Positions 1-8,089 of a stretch of DNA of 43,721 nucleotides are shown piece by piece. The position numbers were made by a program, and so were the translations under genes. Position 1 is the first letter of the stretch. Each line of letters begins with the position of its first letter. The notes below the pieces were generated by a model. The model was not told the DNA's origin and ran no database searches. It saw nothing but the letters and a program-made list of their open reading frames with translations. Source of the stretch: a bacterium (GTDB taxonomy: Bacteria; Patescibacteriota; Minisyncoccia; 2-02-FULL-40-12; IGHO2-12-FULL-4); assembly GCA_030695705.1 (NCBI GenBank), contig JAUYPS010000048.1, positions 1 through 43,721 of the forward strand, written 5' to 3'.

Positions 1-1
1 A

Positions 2-2320
2 TTCCACGGCCAGGCCTCTTTGTATTCCTGGTTCGATGTTCTTAATGCCGGTCCCAATCCTTCGCTGAGATTCGACCCGTTCGATGACGATGTGGCCGAG
101 TACTTCCAAAACTCCAGAGACGGATACCGCTTCTTAAACCCGGGTTATACGCTGGGCGGGCCGGTTATCAAAGACAGAATCTGGTTTTTCTCAAGCTATT
201 TTTACCAGGGATCGAGAACAGACCGGTCGGTAAAGTTTTTGGCAGACGGGAAAACCAGGGATTTTGTCAGCCGGCAAAGGCAGGATTTCGCTTTGAACAA
301 AGTTGATTTCGCCCCTTTCGGCAACCTCAAAGGTTCTTTCAGCTACTACTATAAACCGTTAAAGACAATGGGCCTTCTTCCCAGCCAGCAAGGCACTGAT
401 TCTCCCAACTCCCCCTTCTCTCAGAAAGGCTATCGTCGGCCAGCCTCTTCCTATCAATGGCAGCTGGACTATATCGTCAGCAATAAGCTTCTGCTCGGCG
501 GTTTCGGCGGGTATCACTACAGCAACTTCAAAGATTACGGCACTCCCCGGGGAACTTATTATGCTTTTGCCAACTCCAACCTGAATGTCAATCTTCCCAT
601 TCCGGATAGTTTCCGGTATTCCGCCGGAAACATTACCGACAACAACATTCAAACGGTTCAGGATATTTACTCCCGGCACAACGCTAATTTGGTCGCTTCC
701 TATTTTACGGAAGGACTAGGTTTTCTTCCCGGCCAGCATAACATCAAAGCCGGTTACGACCTGAACCGGCTACATAATTCGCCGGTGGCCGACACTTGGC
801 CGGACGGATTTATCATCATGGTTTGGGACCGCGAGCGGCGTAAAATTACCGGACCAGGAAGTTCTCGAGGAGAATTGGGCTACTATGTGAACAGAGTTTT
901 CGGTACGGCCGGCCATGTGGCCAGTTCTAATCAGGGCTTATTTCTGCAGGATAGCTGGCAGGTAAAGTGGGGGTTCGCCTCCAGGCTCACTCTCAATGTG
1001 GGTCTGCGGACGGAAAAGGAGTTCGTCCCCTCTTTCCGGAACGACAGCGGCATTGCTTCCAAAGCCATTCAATTTGATTTTGCTGATAAAATTGCTCCGC
1101 GCCTGGGATTGGCCTTTGATCCGACCGGAAAGGGCGATACCACCATCCGTTTCAGTTATGGCGTTTATCACGATGTCATGAAATACGAACTTCCGCGAGG
1201 AAGTTTCGGCGGAGATAAGTGGAAAGATTACGTTTATAAGCTGGAAGATCCCAACTTCTTCAATATCAGACCCAGGCCGGCGCCCAACAGCCAGGCCGGA
1301 AATTTCCCGGGAGACTTGATTGAAGTGGTAGATTGGCGGATTCCTTCCAATGATCCGGAAAATAATCTGGTTGATCCGAACCTAAAGCCGGTGCGGCTAC
1401 ATGCTTTTGATTTCGACATGGAACGGACTTATCGGAGCAGCTGGATTTACGGTTTGCGTCTGGTCCGAAAGGTTTTGGACCGAACTGTCGAAGATGTGGG
1501 AACCCTTACCGACCACGGCGAACTTTACCGCATTACCAATCCGGGCTTTGGCGCTTCGCTTGACCCGCACAACTTCCCTTCTGATTTTCCGGAGCGGGTG
1601 ACTCCTCGCGCCAAAAGGAATTACAACGCGATGGAATTGAAGCTGGAGCGGCGGGAACAAGAGTATCTTGTTTCGGCCAGCTATACTTTCAGCCGTTTGG
1701 ATGGCAATTACGGCGGGCTGGCTTCATCGGACGAAAACGGCCGGACCAGTCCCAATGTCAATCGGTATTTCGACCTCCCTTGGATGAATTACGACTCTAA
1801 CGGAAAGCTGGTTTACGGAAGACTGGCTACGGACAGGCCTCATTTGTTCAAGTTTTTCGGCTCTTACGGGTTAAAGTCAAGATTCGGCACGACCCAGATC
1901 AGCCCGGTTTTATTCCTGATGAGCGGAACCCCGCTGTCGACGGAAGCGCAGATTATCTCTTCCACGCCGGTCTTTGTGAACGGAAGAGGCGACATGGGTC
2001 GTACTCCGGTCTTCTCCAATACCGACCTGAAAATTTCCCAGGACTTTAAAGTAAGTTCTGCCAGAGACAATCTGAAAATCAGGCTGGAAGCGGTAGTGGG
2101 TAATTTATTTAACCAGCGGACCGTCACCAATAAAGTATCCAACTATCTCCATCCTAACGACGGCCAGATCCAGTTCGACAACATGGCCGATGCGTTTAAA
2201 GGATACGACTACGAGGCCTTGCGCCTGGAACAGGAGTTAAGAACCGATCCGCGTTACGGAATGGCCAGCGGTTTCCAAAGTCCGCGGTCAATCAGGATTG
2301 GATTGCATTTTATTTTTTGA
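2..2320 (+). CDS. TonB-dependent-receptor-like outer-membrane beta-barrel protein, C-terminal ~770 aa (5' end cut by window edge)
   Basis: The frame is open from nt 2, upstream of the listed 20..2320 ORF. Motifs GGPVIKDRIWFFSSY and DRPHLFKFFGSYGL, and the C-terminus ...IRIGLHFIF with a terminal aromatic residue, are typical of TonB-dependent receptor-type barrels. A hairpin terminator follows. Confidence 0.65.
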   Translation, partial: FHGQASLYSWFDVLNAGPNPSLRFDPFDDDVAEYFQNSRDGYRFLNPGYTLGGPVIKDRIWFFSSYFYQGSRTDRSVKFLADGKTRDFVSRQRQDFALNKVDFAPFGNLKGSFSYYYKPLKTMGLLPSQQGTDSPNSPFSQKGYRRPASSYQWQLDYIVSNKLLLGGFGGYHYSNFKDYGTPRGTYYAFANSNLNVNLPIPDSFRYSAGNITDNNIQTVQDIYSRHNANLVASYFTEGLGFLPGQHNIKAGYDLNRLHNSPVADTWPDGFIIMVWDRERRKITGPGSSRGELGYYVNRVFGTAGHVASSNQGLFLQDSWQVKWGFASRLTLNVGLRTEKEFVPSFRNDSGIASKAIQFDFADKIAPRLGLAFDPTGKGDTTIRFSYGVYHDVMKYELPRGSFGGDKWKDYVYKLEDPNFFNIRPRPAPNSQAGNFPGDLIEVVDWRIPSNDPENNLVDPNLKPVRLHAFDFDMERTYRSSWIYGLRLVRKVLDRTVEDVGTLTDHGELYRITNPGFGASLDPHNFPSDFPERVTPRAKRNYNAMELKLERREQEYLVSASYTFSRLDGNYGGLASSDENGRTSPNVNRYFDLPWMNYDSNGKLVYGRLATDRPHLFKFFGSYGLKSRFGTTQISPVLFLMSGTPLSTEAQIISSTPVFVNGRGDMGRTPVFSNTDLKISQDFKVSSARDNLKIRLEAVVGNLFNQRTVTNKVSNYLHPNDGQIQFDNMADAFKGYDYEALRLEQELRTDPRYGMASGFQSPRSIRIGLHFIF

Positions 2321-2329
2321 AAGTTACAG

Positions 2330-2365
2330 CCCCCCTTTCGGCCTCAAAGCCGGAAGGGGTTTTTA
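2330..2365 (+). terminator. Rho-independent terminator after the barrel gene
   Basis: Hairpin ccccctttcggc / gccggaagggg with one mismatch, followed by a short T-run (ggggttttt). Confidence 0.6.
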
Positions 2366-2431
2366 TTTACAGGAGATTTCTTTTATCGTACTCTTAGTTA
2401 AACAAAAGAGAACTTTAATAAAGAGGTAATA

Positions 2432-3511
2432 GTGTTAAAATTTGTATTGGTTATTTTTTTTATGGCAGTTTCTCTGGGAAATATTTTTGCCCAAGTTCCA
2501 GGTCGTGGCGGTTCTTCTTATCTTTGGTACTACCGGGAATGGAAGGGACTTAATGGGTTTAGCGATTGTTATGGCGTCATCAAAAATTTTCATCTGGCGC
2601 ACGCCCAAGCTTATATCAAGGATAATCTGCAATATATGTATAATCAAGGCGGCCAAAGGAGACTGAATGTTATGATTTTTCATGCGCGAGACGCCAGATT
2701 AGTAGCGGCAGGATGTCCGTCAGTAAGCAACATTCCGGGAAACGGAACAATAATGAAGTATTATATAGGAAGCGATCTGGTTATTGGTACAGCCGACGAC
2801 GTGCTGGAGTTGCAATATTTGGAAAATTTATATAATTATGTTGACTATGCGGCTAGTCTCGGTTTTAAGGAGTTCATGGTAATGATGTCTCCGCAGTCAG
2901 CCAATTGGCCCGGATTCTGGTCAAATTTTGATCAATTTATGGCGGCTGGATTGTATGCGGAAAATCGACATATTCTCCAACTGGTGTATCAAACAATGCA
3001 AAATACCGGCCGCCCATTCAAGATTGTTTTGGCTGACGAGCCTCTTCAAAGCCCGCACAATGGTCAATATTATGACAGTGTTTATAGTTATGTGGCGCGT
3101 ATGTGGTCAGATTATTTTGAAGATGGAGGAAATCTGGCCGTTACCGGAGGGATTACCATGGCGGATGCCACCGGTTCCGATATAGAAAATCAAGTTAATG
3201 CTTTTCTTGATATATGCGACTCCGCCGGGTACGGCCGACCCTTATTTTATGTGCTGAATATTTTCGGCGATGAACAAAGAGGTTTTACCAACTTTCACCA
3301 GGCGCTGATCGCTCGCGGGTCGTTCGCGGAGCCGGTGATAATCGGGTCAACTTTCTATAATGATTCCGAAACTGCTTATAATTTAAGAAGCGTTTCCAAC
3401 AAGACTGGCAGAGTTATTGAGTTTGTATTGCAATGGCCGAAAATGAGAGCCAACGGTTTGGATAACATCTATGTTTCGGAGTTTTTCAACTATGCTATTT
3501 ATGGTTTTTGA
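2432..3511 (+). CDS. Secreted protein of unknown function (weak TIM-barrel glycosidase-like flavour only)
   Basis: 359-aa ORF with a GTG start 4-5 nt after RBS aagagg. N-terminal signal peptide MLKFVLVIFFMAVSLGNIFAQ. I recognise no confident family motif. Confidence 0.6.
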   Translation: MLKFVLVIFFMAVSLGNIFAQVPGRGGSSYLWYYREWKGLNGFSDCYGVIKNFHLAHAQAYIKDNLQYMYNQGGQRRLNVMIFHARDARLVAAGCPSVSNIPGNGTIMKYYIGSDLVIGTADDVLELQYLENLYNYVDYAASLGFKEFMVMMSPQSANWPGFWSNFDQFMAAGLYAENRHILQLVYQTMQNTGRPFKIVLADEPLQSPHNGQYYDSVYSYVARMWSDYFEDGGNLAVTGGITMADATGSDIENQVNAFLDICDSAGYGRPLFYVLNIFGDEQRGFTNFHQALIARGSFAEPVIIGSTFYNDSETAYNLRSVSNKTGRVIEFVLQWPKMRANGLDNIYVSEFFNYAIYGF

Positions 3512-3518
3512 TTAACAT

Positions 3519-3555
3519 TCCCTTACTCGGATTTGAGTGAGGGATTTACTTTTTT
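3519..3555 (+). terminator. Rho-independent terminator
   Basis: Hairpin tcccttactc-ggattt-gagtgaggga followed by tttactttttt. Confidence 0.55.
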
Positions 3556-3578
3556 AGCCGGGAGAATAGAATAAAAAC

Positions 3579-4139
3579 ATGAACATCAACGAAAAAATCG
3601 TGGATTTTGAAGTAGATGCCTATTACCAAGATGAGATTAAAAAGATTAAGTCGGCCGATTATCGCGGCCAATGGCTGATTTTGTTTTTCTATCCGGCGGA
3701 TTTTACTTTTGTCTGCCCTACCGAGCTTGAAGAACTGGCCGACCACTACGAAGAGTTTAAAAAAATGGGAGTGGAAGTCATGAGTGTCAGCACCGACACG
3801 GTTTATGTTCACAAAGCTTGGCATGATCAGTCCGAAACCATCAAAAAAATCCAATTTCCCATGCTGGCTGATCCTACCGGTAATTTGGCCAGGCAATTCG
3901 GCGTTTACATCGAAAAAGAGGGCTTGGCTTTGCGTGGAACATTCATTATCGACCCTGATGGGATTCTGAAGGCCTGCGAAGTGCATGACAATAGCATCGG
4001 CCGGAGCGTCAAAGAGTTAATCCGGAAAATTAAAGCCGCCCAATTCGTGGCCAAACACGGCGATCAGGTCTGCCCGGCCAGCTGGGAAGAAGGAGAAGAG
4101 ACTTTGAAGCCAGGATTGGATTTGGTGGGGAAGATTTGA
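3579..4139 (+). CDS. ahpC: Typical 2-Cys peroxiredoxin (AhpC/Prx1 family)
   Basis: Peroxidatic motif FFYPADFTFVCPTE and C-terminal resolving Cys context GDQVCPASW. 186 aa, which is the canonical length. Confidence 0.93.
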   Translation: MNINEKIVDFEVDAYYQDEIKKIKSADYRGQWLILFFYPADFTFVCPTELEELADHYEEFKKMGVEVMSVSTDTVYVHKAWHDQSETIKKIQFPMLADPTGNLARQFGVYIEKEGLALRGTFIIDPDGILKACEVHDNSIGRSVKELIRKIKAAQFVAKHGDQVCPASWEEGEETLKPGLDLVGKI

Positions 4140-4185
4140 TAAAATTAAAACAGGTTAAAAACCTGGTGGATCGAAAAAGAGTCAA

Positions 4186-4212
4186 ACAAAAAACCGCGTC
4201 TCGCGGTTTTTT
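4186..4212 (+). terminator. Rho-independent terminator of the peroxiredoxin gene
   Basis: aaaaaaccgcg-tct-cgcggtttttt: a GC-rich stem flanked by an A-run and a T-run. Confidence 0.75.
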
Positions 4213-4547
4213 GTTGTGGACCCGACGAGATTTGCACTCGTTTCTCTGCATGACAATGACAGAATTTTACTACATAAAACTACGGGCCCGGGTCCACGAC
4301 GGAAGTTTATCAAAAAGAAAAAGGACCCACAAATGAATGTAGATCCTTTATTCTGTCATGCAGATAAGCTCGTAGTTAAACATAGCTATTCCGTCATTAT
4401 CATAAGTATATCAAAATCAAAATTAATGTCAAATGAAACCCAAAAATGGGATAAAAGGGCCGTTTTTAGTTGACTCTAGAGCAATTTTGACAAAGACCCT
4501 ACTACTCTTTTGAACCCACTTAGATATTAGCGAAGTGCCTATGCCTA

Positions 4548-4706
4548 CTTCTTTTCAAATATGAGCTCGCCGGAATAAATAAGCGAAGATTTCTGAAATC
4601 AAGCCGGTTACAGAAAATTGGGTCGGATTCTTAGACGGGGTACCAATTTTTGTCGGCTTGATGAAGAAATCGAGTATTATTTATCGGCGAGTGATTCTTG
4701 AAAAGA
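4548..4706. repeat. Family D foldback element, copy D1 (~159 bp long hairpin, MITE-like)
   Basis: Self-complementary end to end (ttcttttcaa.../...ttgaaaagag; ctcgccggaataaata/tatttatcggcgag; aatcaagccgg/ccggcttgat). The ~87-nt core 4594-4680 differs at only 5 positions from 27107-27182. Confidence 0.8.
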
Positions 4707-4728
4707 GGGCGGCATAGACACGAAGCGA

Positions 4729-5643
4729 CTATCTTTTCTTATGAAACTTCTGATGCACTTCTTTAAGTCCCCTGTCGGTGACATGAGTGTAGATTTGAGT
4801 AGTGGTAATCGAGGAGTGGCCGAGAATGGCCTGAACGGAGCGGATATCGGCGCCATTTTGCAGTAAATCAGTAGCTAGTCCATGGCGCAAAGTATGCGGC
4901 GAAACATTTTTACCAACGATGCCGGCTCTGATGGCATGCTTCTTAACGATCCGCTGAATACTGCGGGAAGTCAGCCGCAGGTTTTCGTATTTGGCAAAGT
5001 TCTCTTTGGGGGGAATGCGGATAAAAAGAGCTGGATCGGCATCGGTTCGCTTTTTTAAATACCCGTCTAAAGACGTTTTGGCGCCGTCAGAAAAGAAAAC
5101 CAGCCGAATCTTCGAGCCTTTTCCTCTGACCGGCACCTCTCCCCTGCCAAGATCTATTTTATCTCGATCCAAAGAGCAAAGCTCCGCCACTCGCAAGCCG
5201 GTGCTGAAAAGAGTTTCTAAAATGGCTTTGTCGCGGAGATTAGTTAAGTCAGAACCTCCCGGGGAATTTAAAAGCCGTTCCAGTTCATTTGTTTCCAGAA
5301 AATCGATCTGCCGTTCTTCCTGTTTGCCCAGTTCCACCTTTTCGGCCGAAACAGTTTTGATTTCTCTTTTGGCCAGATATTTTAAAAAAGCTCGTAGGGC
5401 GATGATGTGGTAATTTTGGGTAATCTTCTTAAGCGGCTTGCCGTGAGCGTTAGTCGAACGGTTGAGGTGTAGGCGAAACTTTCTAATTACTTCTTCGGTA
5501 ATTTGTTGGGGCTGGGAGACTTGGGCAAAATCAAAAAATCGCTTGAGGTAATGATGATAGTTTTCCGTCGTTTTCGGCGAACGGTTTTTCTCTATCTCTA
5601 AATACTCGAGAAACTGAGTTTTTAACTGTTTAAGATCGGCCAT
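4729..5643 (-). CDS. xerC: Tyrosine site-specific recombinase, XerC/XerD family
   Basis: 304 aa. N-terminal SAM-like core-binding region (LEYLEIEKNRSPKTTENYHHYLKRFFDF). C-terminal catalytic motifs GLRVAEL, HTLRHGLATDLL and LGHSSITTTQIYTHV. XerC cannot be distinguished from XerD by eye. Confidence 0.88.
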   Translation of the reverse strand: MADLKQLKTQFLEYLEIEKNRSPKTTENYHHYLKRFFDFAQVSQPQQITEEVIRKFRLHLNRSTNAHGKPLKKITQNYHIIALRAFLKYLAKREIKTVSAEKVELGKQEERQIDFLETNELERLLNSPGGSDLTNLRDKAILETLFSTGLRVAELCSLDRDKIDLGRGEVPVRGKGSKIRLVFFSDGAKTSLDGYLKKRTDADPALFIRIPPKENFAKYENLRLTSRSIQRIVKKHAIRAGIVGKNVSPHTLRHGLATDLLQNGADIRSVQAILGHSSITTTQIYTHVTDRGLKEVHQKFHKKR

Positions 5644-5647
5644 TTAT

Positions 5648-5893
5648 TTACAATTTATATGTTTTTTCGTTTCGATATCCAATGTCAATAATACGAATTA
5701 TTTTTTTATTTTTATCTTTGATAAAAATAATTCTGATTTTGCCCTTACGAAGCCGAAAAACATCCCCATGCCCTTGTAGCTTTTTAATATCTAAACCATG
5801 CCAGTTTAGAGTTAAAATTTTCTCAATTAACGCTATAAGAATAGCCCTTTGGTCTATACTGAATTTCGACAGTAGTTTGCTAAGAGTTGGCAT
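5648..5893 (-). CDS. RelE/ParE-family type II toxin (putative)
   Basis: 81 aa. The pattern KKLQGHGDVFRLRKGKIRIIF...IRIIDIGYRNEKTYK matches the RelE/ParE signature (kLkG..d.yRiRvGdyRiiy...I..I.hR...Y). Confidence 0.65.
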   Translation of the reverse strand: MPTLSKLLSKFSIDQRAILIALIEKILTLNWHGLDIKKLQGHGDVFRLRKGKIRIIFIKDKNKKIIRIIDIGYRNEKTYKL

Positions 5894-5894
5894 A

Positions 5895-6164
5895 AGGGGG
5901 TGTAGTATCCGAACAGAATCAATTTAGCGGAGCGAATTAGGGCAAGATTCACGGCGCGAGAAGCGATGTGTACTTGACGGAACATGAGCGACGAGCAACG
6001 AAGAAGCTTGCCCTAATTCGCTCCGCCCGAAGGGAAGTTAAAAAATGGCTGATTTCTTTGTTGCTCCTCCTCGAAGTACTTAAAGTACTCCTTCATAGTC
6101 GCGCCGCGAAATCATCTCATTTTTTAGCTTCTAATCTTGATTCATGTTCGGTTACTACACCCCT
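5895..6164. repeat. Family E 270-bp foldback element filling the antitoxin-toxin intergenic gap
   Basis: Outer arms agggggtgtagtatccgaacagaatcaatttagc (5895-5928) and gcttctaatcttgattcatgttcggttactacacccct (6127-6164) are inverted repeats. There is also a perfect inner 20-bp inverted repeat, gcggagcgaattagggcaag / cttgccctaattcgctccgc. Confidence 0.7.
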
Positions 6165-6402
6165 AAGCATTTAATTTACGAAGAGCCTTTAAGATTTTTC
6201 TGGCATCTACGCCATTTTTATTGATTTTGGTGAAGTCAATTACTGTTTCCCACAGTTCTTCGTCGTCTTCATTAACAGAGGATATTTTAAAAACCGGTTT
6301 AGATTTTTTGACGACAATAAAAGATTCGCCTTTTTTGACGCGTGAGGCGTATTTTTGTATGTTTTCTCTTAATTCTTTTAATCCCAAAATTTGTGTTTTC
6401 AT
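6163..6402 (-). CDS. Phd/YefM-family type II antitoxin (putative)
   Basis: 79 aa. The N-terminus MKTQILGLKELRENIQKYASRVKKGESFIVVKKSKPVFKISSV fits the Phd/YefM fold signature. Confidence 0.7.
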   Translation of the reverse strand: MKTQILGLKELRENIQKYASRVKKGESFIVVKKSKPVFKISSVNEDDEELWETVIDFTKINKNGVDARKILKALRKLNA

Positions 6403-6516
6403 AAATCAAGTTTATCTTAAGGTTAACTTAAAGTCAAATTCTTGGCAAAAACTAGGCAGTGTGCTATAAAAAGACAGTTTATTTACATATTACATAAAAA
6501 AGAGGATGGATTTAAT

Positions 6517-6990
6517 ATGAAAGGATTGTATGATCACTTACAGAATATTGAAAATCTTGCCAAACTAGCCGAGGAAAAAATAGAAGGACTGGAAGAAACT
6601 GTCATCAAAAGCCAAAAAGAATTAAAAATTTGGCAAGGTCTGCTGAATTTTTCTCAGACCTGCCGAAGATTGGCCAATGAAGAAGCCACGGAAACCAAAA
6701 AAGATCAGTTGCGTTACAAATGGATCAAAGTAGCTATTCGAGGTGCCGGAGTATGGTCTTCGGAGGCGGGCAATGTGAATCTGAAGGCCTGGGAAAAGTA
6801 TCAAGGTTTCCCGAATGGTTTGGAAAACTTACGTCCCTATGCAGACGGCGACCGCAGTGCTAACCACATGGCGCACCGGCCCAAGAAAGACGAGTTTGAT
6901 TCCAATACTACCGATTTTGACACCTTGATCGACTGTCAGCTGGCCGTGGAAAAAGCTCATGATGATTGGAAGAAGAAAAATAAAAAATAA
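6517..6990 (+). CDS. Hypothetical protein (coiled-coil N-terminus)
   Basis: ATG at 6517 is preceded by RBS aaagaggatgg. The listed ORF 6442..6990 extends upstream without an RBS. No family recognised. Confidence 0.55.
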   Translation: MKGLYDHLQNIENLAKLAEEKIEGLEETVIKSQKELKIWQGLLNFSQTCRRLANEEATETKKDQLRYKWIKVAIRGAGVWSSEAGNVNLKAWEKYQGFPNGLENLRPYADGDRSANHMAHRPKKDEFDSNTTDFDTLIDCQLAVEKAHDDWKKKNKK

Positions 6991-6999
6991 GTTAATTGC

Positions 7000-7024
7000 A
7001 CCGCTCAAAAAGCGGTTTTATTTT
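7000..7024 (+). terminator. Rho-independent terminator
   Basis: accgct-caaaa-agcggt followed by tttatttt. Confidence 0.6.
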
Positions 7025-7039
7025 GCCAAAATAAAACTG

Positions 7040-7068
7040 TTGCTTTAACTAAAAAACCGTGTTATCAT
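7040..7068 (+). promoter_or_regulatory. Candidate sigma70-type promoter of rpsO
   Basis: TTGCTT (7040-7045), a 17-nt spacer, then TATCAT (7063-7068), about 60 nt upstream of the rpsO ATG. Confidence 0.35.
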
Positions 7069-7128
7069 GAAACACATCAAGGTTTGATCTTTTTGCAGAT
7101 CCAAAGTCGAACCTTTATCGAATTGACT

Positions 7129-7395
7129 ATGATCAACGCTCAACAAAAGACAAAAATAATTCAAAAGTTCTCCAATCACAATAAAGACACCGGCTCCGCC
7201 GAGGTGCAGATTGCTTTATTCAGCGAAGAAATAGAACGACTGGCCAAGCATCTCAAGAAGCACGCCAAGGACAACAGTTCTCGCATCGGTCTGCTCAAAA
7301 TGGTAGCCAAAAGAAGGCGTCTTTTGGAGTATCTCAAGAAACAAAACGTCAAAAAGTATAGCAAAGTGATTAAAGGATTGGAACTCAAGAAATAG
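7129..7395 (+). CDS. rpsO: 30S ribosomal protein S15
   Basis: 89 aa counted from the ATG at 7129. The motifs DTGSAEVQIALFSEEIERLAKHLKKHAKDNSSRIGLLKMVAKRRRLLEYL are canonical S15. Confidence 0.93.
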   Translation: MINAQQKTKIIQKFSNHNKDTGSAEVQIALFSEEIERLAKHLKKHAKDNSSRIGLLKMVAKRRRLLEYLKKQNVKKYSKVIKGLELKK

Positions 7396-7409
7396 AGTGA
7401 TAACGACGT

Positions 7410-7946
7410 ATGACAACCAAGAATAACCATAATAAAAAATCCAAGGATATGAGCGCCCAAAATCAGCGAGTGGGTGTTTTTGTTGATGCCCAAAATATGT
7501 ATCATTCGGCCAAGAATCTTTATCACGCCAGAGCTAATTTTAAGAAGATTTTAGAAGCATCAGTTGGAGAAAGGCAGTTGATTCGCGCTTTTGCTTATGT
7601 TATTAAAACGGAAAGTGGCGAAGAAAAGGCCTTTTTTGAGGCCTTGGAAAAGAGTGGCTATGAAATCAAAGAAAAGGATTTGCAGATTTTTCCGGGAGGA
7701 ATGAAAAAAGCGGACTGGGATGTGGGCATGGCCATTGATGCCATAATTTTGGCAGACAAGATTGATGTGGCTGTTTTGGTTACCGGAGATGGCGATTTTG
7801 TTCCTTTAGTCGAGTATTTGAAGGTAAACAAAGGATTAAAAGTAGAGGTGTTTTCTTTTGAGAGAAGCACTTCGGCCCGGCTGAAAGAATCAGTAGATGT
7901 GTTTTCGGACTTGGGCTCGGATCATAAGAAATTTTTGATTTACTAA
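7410..7946 (+). CDS. NYN-domain (LabA/DUF88-like) putative ribonuclease
   Basis: VGVFVDAQNMYHSAK, DWDVGMAIDAI and VAVLVTGDGDFVPLVEYLK are the acidic PIN-like NYN motifs. Confidence 0.85.
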   Translation: MTTKNNHNKKSKDMSAQNQRVGVFVDAQNMYHSAKNLYHARANFKKILEASVGERQLIRAFAYVIKTESGEEKAFFEALEKSGYEIKEKDLQIFPGGMKKADWDVGMAIDAIILADKIDVAVLVTGDGDFVPLVEYLKVNKGLKVEVFSFERSTSARLKESVDVFSDLGSDHKKFLIY

Positions 7947-7956
7947 AGTAATTAAA

Positions 7957-8078
7957 AAATAAATAAGTAGTGATGAAGAGGAATTGCGAAGGGTAAATGA
8001 TGGGGCATACGCCAAAGGGTTCAATTTTTGAACTTTTTGGCCTGAATCCCTAAATTACTCCCCTCTCTATTTATTTAT
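7957..8078 (+). promoter_or_regulatory. Extended imperfect hairpin in the pnp leader
   Basis: aaataaata (7957-7965) pairs with tatttattt (8069-8077). G-rich and C-rich inner segments pair, and there is a central hairpin ccaaagggttca-attttt-tgaactttttgg. It ends 12 nt before the pnp ATG. Confidence 0.35.
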
Positions 8079-8089
8079 CCATTGTTTAG

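Noticed and set aside
4217-4295. A tRNA-like sequence on the minus strand. It has a 7-bp acceptor-type pairing (GGACCCG/CGGGTCC), a T-arm-like ACGAG-TGCAAAT-CTCGT, and a possible anticodon loop ATTGTCA (TGT).
   Set aside because: No D-stem can be formed and the conserved D-loop GG is absent. The T-loop is TGC rather than TTC, the anticodon stem has a mismatch, position 37 would be C, and no CCA is encoded. At best it is a decayed tRNA relic, so it is not called as a gene.
4594-4680. A hammerhead-ribozyme-like string in family D (cttgatgaagaaatcgag, which resembles CUGAUGA...GAAA).
   Set aside because: The core is CUUGAUGA rather than CUGAUGA. The required three-stem junction and cleavage-site context are not present, and the second copy changes the GAAA-proximal bases.
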